Assembly: GCA_031366795.1 (NCBI GenBank)
Contig: JANLOX010000400.1
Span: 1-23,921, forward strand
Source: Candidatus Eiseniibacteriota bacterium
GTDB lineage: Bacteria > Eisenbacteria > RBG-16-71-46
Length of the DNA stretch: 23,921 nt
Direction: 5' to 3'
Positions 11,268 to 19,421 of the stretch are shown here, in pieces (the first letter of the stretch is position 1; each line of letters begins with the position of its first letter). The notes beneath the pieces are model-generated. The model made no database searches and was not told where the DNA came from. It saw only the letters and a program-made list of their open reading frames with translations. A program made the translations under genes and the position numbers.

Positions 11268-13901
11268 ATGATCAGGCCCGCTGACTTCGTTCCCTTTGAG
11301 CGGGACGAAATCGAGTCGTCGATCTCCGCACGATTCGGCGCAGTGGTCGAGTGCGCGCCGGAGGCGATCGCCATTCGCTCGGGCGGATCGTCCATACGCT
11401 ACGACGTATTGGCCGCGACCGTCACCCGGATGGCGCGGGCCATTGCGTCCGTTCTGGGCCGTGGGCCCGAACCCGTGGCGCTGCTGATGGATCAGGGGGC
11501 CAACGTGATCGCGGCGAGCCTTGCGGTGCTCGAGTCCGGGCACTTCTTCGTACCGCTCGACACACGCCATCCCGACCACTCGCTCGCGGCCTCGATTGCG
11601 GACTGTGGGGCCCGATTGGTGGTCACTGATCGCGCAGGTCACGCGAGGGTATCAGGGTTGGCGCCTCTGGTGATCGATGCCGGCCAGCTTCCAGAGATCG
11701 CGGGCAACGCGTGCCGCTCGCCGGGGCCTGATGATCTCGCCACCCTCTACTACACCTCGGGCACCACAGGCCGCCCGAAGGGTGTCGCCGACACCCACCG
11801 CAACGTGCTGCACAACGTCATGCGCTACACGAACGCGCTGTTCATCTCGCCTTCGGATCGCCTGACGCTCCTGCAGGCACCCGCATTCAGCGGTGCGATG
11901 TCGAGCATGTTCGGCGCGCTCCTCAATGGGGCGGCCTGCTGTCCCTATGACGTCCCCCATGACGGCGTGCCCGGCATCGCGCCCTGGCTCGAGCGCGAAG
12001 GCGTCACGATGTTCCATGCGGTGCCCATCCTGTTCCGGCACGCCATGCGGTCGGCGGCGCCGCTCGAGCAATTCTCGGCGCTGCGCGTAGTGCGGCTCGA
12101 GGGAGACCAGGCTGCGGCTCAGGACTTTGAGTTGTTTCGTGCCCACACAACTGCCGGGGCGGTGCTGTCACACGGGCTGGGGGCCACCGAATGTGGGTTG
12201 GTGTGCCGCGCCCTGCTGGATCACGATACACAGCTCACCGGTTCGTTAGTGCCGGTGGGACATGCAATGGCGGACATCTCCGTCAGGCTCGAGGACGACG
12301 CGGGGCAGGAGGCGGCATGTGGATCCATCGGTGAGCTCGTGGTCGAGAGCGCATTTCTCTCGCCGGGTTACCACGGAAATCCCGATGCAACCGCCGCCGC
12401 ATTCCGGCCCGGGCGCGTTGAAGGAACGCGCGCCTACCGCACCGGCGACATGGGGCGGTTTCGCGACGACGGACGCCTCGAGCTGCTGGGTCGCAAAACG
12501 TTCCAGCCGCGACTGCGTGGCCAGCGGATTGATGTCGAGGGAATCGAACGGGCGCTTGTGGAGACGGGTCTGGCCCGCGAGGCCGTTGTCGACGTGCGCA
12601 GCAGCAAGGGGGGCGATGGACAGCTCGTGGCGTGGTTCGTGCCCGCGACGCACCCGCCGCCGAACGTCTCGGTGTTGCGACGCCAGCTGTCGCGAACCCT
12701 CGCACCGCAGTTGGTGCCTGCGCGATTCGTCGCGATCGCGGCGCTGCCGCTCACGGAGCACCGCAAGCTCGATCGCCAGGCGCTGTGCGATCCCGACAGG
12801 TCGCGGCCGCAACTCGACACGCCCTACCTCGCGCCCGCGGGTCCTCTGCAGCTCGCTATCGCCGCGGCGTTCGTTGAATCGCTGGCGCTCGACCAAGCCG
12901 GTGTGCGTGACGATTTCTTCGAGCTGGGCGGCGATTCCCTGAGCGCGACGCTGGTGGTCGAGCGATTGCACGAGACGCTGGGTGTCGAGCTGCCGACGCA
13001 CGTGTTCTTCGATGCGCCGACGGTGGAAGGGCTGGCGCGAGCCATCGTCACGGCCTCCAACACCCGGTACCTCGCGACGCGGGAGGCGCGATCCCCGGTG
13101 GTCACGGTGCAGCGTGGGGGAGCGTTGAGGCCGTTCTTCTTCCTTCATGCCGAGCACGGCGGCGATGGCTTCTACTGCCTGAAGGTTGCCCGGGAGTTGG
13201 GAGCCGATCGGCCGTTTCATGCGGTCGCTCCGCTCGGGCGCGAACCCGGCGCCGCGCCGGCCGCTATCGAAACAATTGCCGCATCGCAACTCGAGAGCAT
13301 TCGCAAGTTGCAGCCGCGGGGCCCGTACTTGCTGGGTGGATTTTGCAGCGGGGCTGTGGTGGCGTGGGAGCTGGCCTGTCAGCTGCGCGCGATGGGGGAA
13401 AGCGTTGAGGTGCTCGTGCTCATCGAAGCGCCCGCGCTCAAGCGACGAAAGTGGTGGAGGGCGATGCATGCGTTCGCCGGCCTCGCGGCAAAGCTGCGGG
13501 GTGCCGGCGCCGAGACCCGACTCGCCCTCGTGCTGGCAGCAGCAGAGCGCGTGGAGCGCGGTGGCCGCGTCCTTTGGCGTGATGTGCCACGCGCCGCGCG
13601 CTGGCTCGCCGGTCGGCTTGCCCTCGTACCGGCTCCGCCCGCTGGCGCGCAAGAGAAGGACGCGATCGCCGCAGCGTACCAACGCGCCGTGTCAGGCTAC
13701 CTGCCGCGCCGCTTCGATGGGCGGGTCGTGTGCCTGCGCGCGGCCGAGGAGTTGACGCGGGTTCCCGTGGAGTGCTGGCGCAAGCGGGCGGCCGCGTTCG
13801 AAGCGCATGCCATTCCGGGTGATCACGATTCGTGCATCATCGTGCATGCGCCTGAACTGGCCGGGCGTCTGCGGGAAGCGCTGGCCAGCGCAGCGAAATA
13901 G
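11268..13901 (+). CDS. Stand-alone monomodular NRPS-like enzyme (A-T-TE)
   Basis: A3 'YTSGTTGRPKG', A5 'GLGATE', A7 'YRTGD', A10 'RKLDR'; carrier 'FFELGGDSL'; TE 'QPRGPYLLGGFCSG' and 'IPGDH'; no C domain. Confidence 0.9.
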   Translation: MIRPADFVPFERDEIESSISARFGAVVECAPEAIAIRSGGSSIRYDVLAATVTRMARAIASVLGRGPEPVALLMDQGANVIAASLAVLESGHFFVPLDTRHPDHSLAASIADCGARLVVTDRAGHARVSGLAPLVIDAGQLPEIAGNACRSPGPDDLATLYYTSGTTGRPKGVADTHRNVLHNVMRYTNALFISPSDRLTLLQAPAFSGAMSSMFGALLNGAACCPYDVPHDGVPGIAPWLEREGVTMFHAVPILFRHAMRSAAPLEQFSALRVVRLEGDQAAAQDFELFRAHTTAGAVLSHGLGATECGLVCRALLDHDTQLTGSLVPVGHAMADISVRLEDDAGQEAACGSIGELVVESAFLSPGYHGNPDATAAAFRPGRVEGTRAYRTGDMGRFRDDGRLELLGRKTFQPRLRGQRIDVEGIERALVETGLAREAVVDVRSSKGGDGQLVAWFVPATHPPPNVSVLRRQLSRTLAPQLVPARFVAIAALPLTEHRKLDRQALCDPDRSRPQLDTPYLAPAGPLQLAIAAAFVESLALDQAGVRDDFFELGGDSLSATLVVERLHETLGVELPTHVFFDAPTVEGLARAIVTASNTRYLATREARSPVVTVQRGGALRPFFFLHAEHGGDGFYCLKVARELGADRPFHAVAPLGREPGAAPAAIETIAASQLESIRKLQPRGPYLLGGFCSGAVVAWELACQLRAMGESVEVLVLIEAPALKRRKWWRAMHAFAGLAAKLRGAGAETRLALVLAAAERVERGGRVLWRDVPRAARWLAGRLALVPAPPAGAQEKDAIAAAYQRAVSGYLPRRFDGRVVCLRAAEELTRVPVECWRKRAAAFEAHAIPGDHDSCIIVHAPELAGRLREALASAAK

Positions 13902-13905
13902 CAAA

Positions 13906-13933
13906 GGACCCCGCGCCTCATCTCGCGGGGTCC
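13906..13933 (-). terminator. Rho-independent terminator hairpin, probably bidirectional
   Basis: Perfect 10-bp stem GGACCCCGCG/CGCGGGGTCC with 8-nt loop; followed by TTTGCTATTT on the minus strand; lies between convergent genes. Confidence 0.75.
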
Positions 13934-13962
13934 CGCCTGCTAGTTCTCGGTGTGGCGCTGGC

Positions 13963-15696
13963 TCACCACAACCGTGTGGCGCGTGCGACCCGTGTAAATT
14001 GATCCGTGCTGACGCGTACGAAGTAGATACCCGGTGCGGTGGTGTTGCCGGCGTCGTCCCGCCCGTCCCACTTGAGTTCATGTGCGCCCGCCGCGAAATT
14101 GCCCGTGGCGAGCCCGCGCACCTGCCGCCCGGCCGCGTCGATCACCGCGATGTTCGCGCTTCCTGCCCGCGGCATGGCGAACACCAGGCTCATCGGGCCC
14201 GAGCCGGGATTGGGGGAAAGCCGCGCCGCGGCGAGTTCCACCGGGGCCGCGGGCGTGTCTACACCCACCACCGGCAGCTGCGGATCGCCCGTGATGCCGT
14301 AGATCGGCAAGGTCGAGCCGCCCGTGGTGTGGAACGCCAATGACGTCAGGGCGGTGGGCGCCGGGACCGCGGCACCCACCGGCTGGAACGCGATCTGATC
14401 GACGATGTAGAGGGCACCGTTCAGCGTCACCGTCCAGCCCGGGCAAGGGGAGGTGATGCAGATGATCCGGAATTCCGCAGGGCCGGTTCCCCCGATCAGG
14501 TCGGTCTGTACGAGCCATGTCGTCTGCGGCTTCTGGTGGCTGGCGCGTGACACGGGATTCGTGACATCGGCAACGACGGTGCCGTTGGAGTACAACAGCA
14601 CGCGATAGCCCGGCGAACCCACCGCCGAGAAGTCCGGCTCGAACTCGGTCTGGTCGGTTCCCACGAAACAGCTGAGCCGCCCAAGGGGGTGATCGAGGCC
14701 ACCGATCTTTCCCGTGGCGTCACACGTGAGCGTTCCCGGCGCCAGCGGCTGCTCATCGAGGATCATGCCTGATCGCTTGAGGCAACAGAGGGTCGGAGAC
14801 TCCCGGAGTTTCACGCTGACCCCGTCCAGGCCAGAGGAACCGAGATTGAGGACCTTCACGGGTCCACCGGCCGCCCCATCGAGGTCCCAGTGAGCGTCTC
14901 CCAGAGCGATCGCGACTCCGTTATCATCGGGTCCATTCGGGCAACCGGCGCACGGCGGGACAATGCCCTCTTCGCTCACCACGAATGAGCCCGCTCCGGA
15001 GGGTATCGTGCAGGTCAACTGGATCGAGTTGAGTGCCTCGACCGGATTGCCGGAGTCGCAGATGAAACGGACATCGTCGCAGTCGGTTCCGCCGCCGCCG
15101 CCGCTGCTCACGCGCACGGCATGGTCGTAGCTCGCCTGGATCCAACGGTAGTTCGACTTCGCCTGGTAATAGTCGTAGCCCTTCTTGCTGAGGTATGCGC
15201 TCGAACTCACGTGCAGCGTGAACGGCAGAGCGCGATGCACGCGCTTGACGACCGCACCCGATCCGTCCACCAGCACGACCCAGCAACTGGTTGCGCCCAG
15301 CCCCGAGAAATCAGGCGATAGATCCTCGCTGCCATCGCTGTTGCGAACCGTAGTCAGGCGCCCGACAACGGCGCCGAGCCCACCCGAAGTGCCGCGGCAT
15401 TCGAACGAATGCGAGGCGCCGGGATCATTGAGGCTGCCGACGTCGGAGAATTGAAGCGAATGCCCGGTGGCCTGGCGGCCCAGCTGGATCTCGACACCAT
15501 CCTGGCCGCTGCTGCCGATATTGTTGACTGGGAGACGGCGGGCCACCGGGTCGTAGTCGACCCCGGCCTGCCCGAGGGCGCTGTGAACGAGCCCGAAACC
15601 GTAAACACCGGTTCCCAGTTGCGCCATGGCGGCGGGCGCTGCAACCATGAATGAGAGCGGCACCACCGTGGCCGCGAGCATCGTGGCAAGACGCAT
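13963..15696 (-). CDS. Secreted protein of unknown function with two internal repeats and C-terminal FlgD-Ig/T9SS-like domain
   Basis: AAGGGAG RBS before ATG at 15696; signal peptide ending AMA-Q; duplicated 'ALG.A...N(I/L)GSSG.DGV...PDFS..G' units; CTD 'PNP...WDGRDDAG...GIYFVR'. Confidence 0.85.
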   Translation of the reverse strand: MRLATMLAATVVPLSFMVAAPAAMAQLGTGVYGFGLVHSALGQAGVDYDPVARRLPVNNIGSSGQDGVEIQLGRQATGHSLQFSDVGSLNDPGASHSFECRGTSGGLGAVVGRLTTVRNSDGSEDLSPDFSGLGATSCWVVLVDGSGAVVKRVHRALPFTLHVSSSAYLSKKGYDYYQAKSNYRWIQASYDHAVRVSSGGGGGTDCDDVRFICDSGNPVEALNSIQLTCTIPSGAGSFVVSEEGIVPPCAGCPNGPDDNGVAIALGDAHWDLDGAAGGPVKVLNLGSSGLDGVSVKLRESPTLCCLKRSGMILDEQPLAPGTLTCDATGKIGGLDHPLGRLSCFVGTDQTEFEPDFSAVGSPGYRVLLYSNGTVVADVTNPVSRASHQKPQTTWLVQTDLIGGTGPAEFRIICITSPCPGWTVTLNGALYIVDQIAFQPVGAAVPAPTALTSLAFHTTGGSTLPIYGITGDPQLPVVGVDTPAAPVELAAARLSPNPGSGPMSLVFAMPRAGSANIAVIDAAGRQVRGLATGNFAAGAHELKWDGRDDAGNTTAPGIYFVRVSTDQFTRVARATRLW

Positions 15697-15796
15697 GCAG
15701 ATCTCCCTTCTTAAGAATGTGTTCGTTTCGCGAACGAGCGGTCCGGGGAGGGGGGGACCCGCCCGCACCTACCCACCACTTCGGAGCGCCGATACC

Positions 15797-15805
15797 ATTC
15801 TAACA
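15797..15805 (-). promoter_or_regulatory. Candidate extended -10 promoter element (TGTTAGAAT)
   Basis: TG-n-TAGAAT, 5/6 match to TATAAT, about 100 nt upstream of the 15696 start. Confidence 0.45.
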
Positions 15806-15847
15806 GACGATCTGGGGGGGTTGACCCCGCAATTCGCTGACGCGTGT

Positions 15848-18640
15848 TCATCGCACCCGGATCACCGTCGAGCTGAAGTTGCCGCCGGCGGTCGCGAGCC
15901 GCACGAAGTAGACGCCTGCGCCTGCCACCAAGCCGTCATCGCGGCGGCCATCCCATGCGAGCGTGTGTGCCCCCGCGGGGAGCCATAGCGCGTGCGCGAC
16001 GTTGCGGACACGGCGTCCCATGATGTCGCTCACGCTCAGGTCGACCCGACCCGCGCGGCCCAGCGTGAATTCCGCGGTGGTCGAGGAGGCGAAGGGATTC
16101 GGCTGCACCGAGCGCAGAGCGAAGCTGGCCTCGAGCCGTGACGGCGGCACGGCCAGCCGGGTGGGCACAACGGCGGGATTGCCGGGGTCGCCGCCGCCGA
16201 GCAACTCATCACCGTCGAACCAGCCATCGCGATCGCGGTCGATGCCCAGACGCGTGCCGCTTCCCGGGGGCACGCCGGTGAAGGTCAGCTCGAAGCCCGG
16301 CTGCGCGAGTGCGAGCAGTTGGGCGGTCGGCCAAGGCGCCTCGTTCTGGATGTCGGATTGCCATTGATCGGATCCCACATACTTCCAGCCGCGCGCGAGG
16401 TAGGGGGTGCGTCCCTTGGCGACGAGGTCACAATTCGCGATCGCGGCCTGTGCCTTCAGCGTGTCGAGCCGCGCGAGCAGCGTGGCGTCGCCGTTGTTCG
16501 AGCCATCCAGCGTGAACTGCACACCGACCGCGGGCGTGAGACCCGTGTCGAACGCCAGCAGGAACGCCTCGACATCGCGGCGCGTGGCGTTGGCGGCGGG
16601 GACGTTGGCGCCGAAGTTGAACACCGGCAGTTGCAGGAAGTCGAACAGGTTGTCGAACGAGCCATTGTGCGTGAAGCCGAAGCCCTTCTTGTTTAGCACG
16701 CCCGTTGAATCCTTGAAGCCGCTCTTCTTGTAGAGGTTGCGCAGGTGCGCGACCTTCATGTCCTGCGAGGCCAGAAGTGCTGTGTGGTTGATGACCTGGC
16801 CATTGGTGCCGGTGGGCATGGCATGGCAGTCGACGCAGCGCAGCGGGCCATCGACCACGGTGTTCATGAAGAACGTCTGGCCGTGCAGCGCGCTCGCCTG
16901 CCCGAGCGGCGCGTCGGCCATGGTGCGGTCGAGCAGTTCGTTCGGGTTCGGCGGGTAGACCAGCGGCAGCACGAAGTTATTGAACGCGGTCATCTCGCTG
17001 TCGGCGATCGGCGTCGCCTTCCCCATCAGCGATTGGAATGCCGGCTTGAAGGCGTTGAGGTCGGCGCGATCCCCACGCCAGTGGAGCAAGCCCGTTCCCG
17101 GAATCCCGCGCAGGCTCTGCGTCATCATGGGGCCCTTCATGGGATGGTAGCCCTGAAGGGCAGGATCCAGCATGCCGGGGGGCTTCGCCTGCATGTCACC
17201 CAGCGGATTGCCGAGGTCCCAGCCGATGTTGTCAGTGTCGCCGAACAGGTGGCACGAGGCGCACGCCTGGTCGCCGTGTCCCGAGGTGGCACCCGAGTAG
17301 AAGAACTTGCGGCCGTTCACGATGTCGTCGGGCGTGGGGTCGAAGCCAATCGGGGTCACGTTCAGGCTCACGAGCGTTCCCGTCGACAACGTCTGCAGTT
17401 GGTTGTGGAAGCGCCCGAGGACGTAGATGCGCGGCCGTGCCGGGTCGGCGAGCACCCCGGTGGGTCCCGCGACGGTCGGCACGCGCGCCACCACAGCGCC
17501 GGTGCTCACGTTGAATACGCCCAACTTGTTCGAGGCGAGCGAGCTCATGTACATGCGGTTGCCGTCGGGGGAGAACGTGACGCAGGTCGGGATGCCGAGC
17601 GCCGAGTCGCGCTCGGCCTGCGATCCGGTGGCGACGGTGTAGTTGATCTGGGGGTTCACCAGCGGGCGCTGGCGGGTGCCGTCGGGCTTGCACAGCGCGA
17701 GCCGCGCCTCGGTGTTATGGCCGACGAGCTTGGGCTCGAAGCGGACGTCATTGAGCGCATAGGTGCCGCACACCGCGGCATAGTCGTGCACGGGGTCGTA
17801 GGCGGCGCCCATCAGGATCACGCCGATGTCGTTGTAGCTGTGCACCACGGCCTTCGTGCTGGTGCTGATCTCGAGGAACTCCACGAGTTGCAGGTCGTAA
17901 GGGATCTTCGAGTTCCACAGCTTGCCCGCCTCGTCGATCCAATTGTTCGTAACGGTGTTCTTGCGCACGATCAGCGCCGTCTTGGGCACGGCCGGCAGGC
18001 CGGCCTTCATCGGGGGATTCGGCGCGGGCAGCGAGTCCCCGGCCTCCGCTTCGCTCAGTGAGGTTGTGGTGTGGTTCGTGTTGAACACCGCGACGAACAC
18101 GCTCGAGCCGTTCGTCTTGGCCGCCAGCGCGCGCGGCATGCGCGCCGCGACCGGCACCACCTGCGGGGCCCTGGTGAGGTTCGCGGGGTCATAAATCTTG
18201 ATGCAGTCCTCATTGGCGACGCTGACCCACGCCAGTCCATTTGCGAACACGACATCCGCCGGCTCGTCGCCGGCGTGGACGGTGGCCTTGACGTTGAAGG
18301 TCGTGAGGTCGACCACGCTGACGTCATCCGAGAGTTGGTTGACCACCCAGGCTTCGCCATTCGAACGCGCCGCTACCGAGATGGGCTCGAGCCCTACCTG
18401 GATTTCGCCCACGCGCACGGGGGCGGCTCCCGTCACGTCGAACACCGAGAGGCGATTGTCGGGAGTGTTCACGACGAGCACGCGGCTACCATCGGGCGTA
18501 ATGGCGATCGGGTGGACCTGCCCACTTTCAAAATGCGAGAAGTCGGTTGGGCCGGCTGCCTCAATCGGCGCTGAGCTGGGCAAGGTGGCGAGGCTGGCGA
18601 CAATGAGCAAGAGGGCGATCAGTGCGGCGTTGCGTGGCAT
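15848..18640 (-). CDS. YncE/YVTN beta-propeller + di-heme cytochrome c (bCcP/MauG-superfamily-like) protein with FlgD-Ig/T9SS-like CTD
   Basis: Signal peptide; propeller blades 'ITPDGSRVLVVNTPDNRLSVFD', 'VGLEPISV'; CASCH (17249-17263) and CVDCH (16823-16837); 'TQSLRG...HWRGDR' and 'KVAHLRNL...HNGS'; 'DRDRDG' Ca-binding-like loop; CTD. Confidence 0.88.
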   Translation of the reverse strand: MPRNAALIALLLIVASLATLPSSAPIEAAGPTDFSHFESGQVHPIAITPDGSRVLVVNTPDNRLSVFDVTGAAPVRVGEIQVGLEPISVAARSNGEAWVVNQLSDDVSVVDLTTFNVKATVHAGDEPADVVFANGLAWVSVANEDCIKIYDPANLTRAPQVVPVAARMPRALAAKTNGSSVFVAVFNTNHTTTSLSEAEAGDSLPAPNPPMKAGLPAVPKTALIVRKNTVTNNWIDEAGKLWNSKIPYDLQLVEFLEISTSTKAVVHSYNDIGVILMGAAYDPVHDYAAVCGTYALNDVRFEPKLVGHNTEARLALCKPDGTRQRPLVNPQINYTVATGSQAERDSALGIPTCVTFSPDGNRMYMSSLASNKLGVFNVSTGAVVARVPTVAGPTGVLADPARPRIYVLGRFHNQLQTLSTGTLVSLNVTPIGFDPTPDDIVNGRKFFYSGATSGHGDQACASCHLFGDTDNIGWDLGNPLGDMQAKPPGMLDPALQGYHPMKGPMMTQSLRGIPGTGLLHWRGDRADLNAFKPAFQSLMGKATPIADSEMTAFNNFVLPLVYPPNPNELLDRTMADAPLGQASALHGQTFFMNTVVDGPLRCVDCHAMPTGTNGQVINHTALLASQDMKVAHLRNLYKKSGFKDSTGVLNKKGFGFTHNGSFDNLFDFLQLPVFNFGANVPAANATRRDVEAFLLAFDTGLTPAVGVQFTLDGSNNGDATLLARLDTLKAQAAIANCDLVAKGRTPYLARGWKYVGSDQWQSDIQNEAPWPTAQLLALAQPGFELTFTGVPPGSGTRLGIDRDRDGWFDGDELLGGGDPGNPAVVPTRLAVPPSRLEASFALRSVQPNPFASSTTAEFTLGRAGRVDLSVSDIMGRRVRNVAHALWLPAGAHTLAWDGRRDDGLVAGAGVYFVRLATAGGNFSSTVIRVR

Positions 18641-18700
18641 CAGGGCAGACCTCGGCGTTCAGCGGTGCGATTGGGAAACACACGATCCAAGAACATTCAA

Positions 18701-18717
18701 TGCAAGAGCCCGGCCAA
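18701..18717 (-). promoter_or_regulatory. Candidate sigma54 (-24/-12) promoter
   Basis: Minus strand reads TTGGCCGGGCTCTTGCA: GG-N10-GC with TTGCA, 60 nt upstream of the ATG at 18640. Confidence 0.55.
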
Positions 18718-18746
18718 ACAGGCCCCGATGCCGGACACCACGCAGT

Positions 18747-19179
18747 CTAGCGATGCCCCCAGCGCTTGGATACCTTTGCTTTCACGATGCGATCCAGCCC
18801 GGGGTAGGCGCGGTCGAGGAACTCGCGGCCATGGACGAACACGGAATCCCACTGGTCGAACACGGCATTGCCGTACTTGCGGTTCAGCGATTGGAGCACG
18901 TCCATGCCCTCGACGACCTCGGCGACGGGCGGGAAGCCGGTGATGCCCTCGTAGGTCACGGTGTCGAGTTGCGCGTTCGTGGCGAGGTTCATGCCCAATT
19001 CCGCCGAGCGCGTCCCGGGGCCTCCGCGCGCAAAGCTCACCATGCCCAGCCTGTTGCCCACGCGCAGGGCGGGCGATCGCGAGCGATCCCAGAACGAGCC
19101 CGGAGGACAGGACGAGGAACCCCAAAAGGCAGGCCACGGTGCGGGAGCGGCGAAGCGGGTACTCGCGGAATGCGGTCAC
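18747..19179 (-). pseudogene. Cyclophilin-type peptidyl-prolyl isomerase, internally deleted and frameshifted
   Basis: GGAGG RBS + GTG (19179) encodes a signal peptide (VTAFREYPLRRSRTVACLLGFLV...ARPARG). In a different frame from about 19061 lies only the C-terminal half of a cyclophilin ('NRLGMVSFARGGPGTRS...NL..N..LD...GFPPVAEVVEGMDVL..L...YG...YPGLDRI'). Confidence 0.75.
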
Positions 19180-19421
19180 GCGGCCTCCAATTGCATGGGA
19201 ATTGATGGGTTTCTTGAGGGCTGAGGATGACCCTGGCAGACGCTCCCCGCGCCCTGCGAGAGCTCCAGCGGTGTTACGGCTGCCGCTGCCCGGATGCAAA
19301 GCCTCCCGGGCCGACAAGTTAGAAGGTGCGCAACACGGTGTAAGTACGAGAGGATAGTATCCGCGAGGCCCGTCCTTGGGTTCGCGCCGCTCGCCTGTTC
19401 CTCTTGCCCTTAGAGGTCGCG

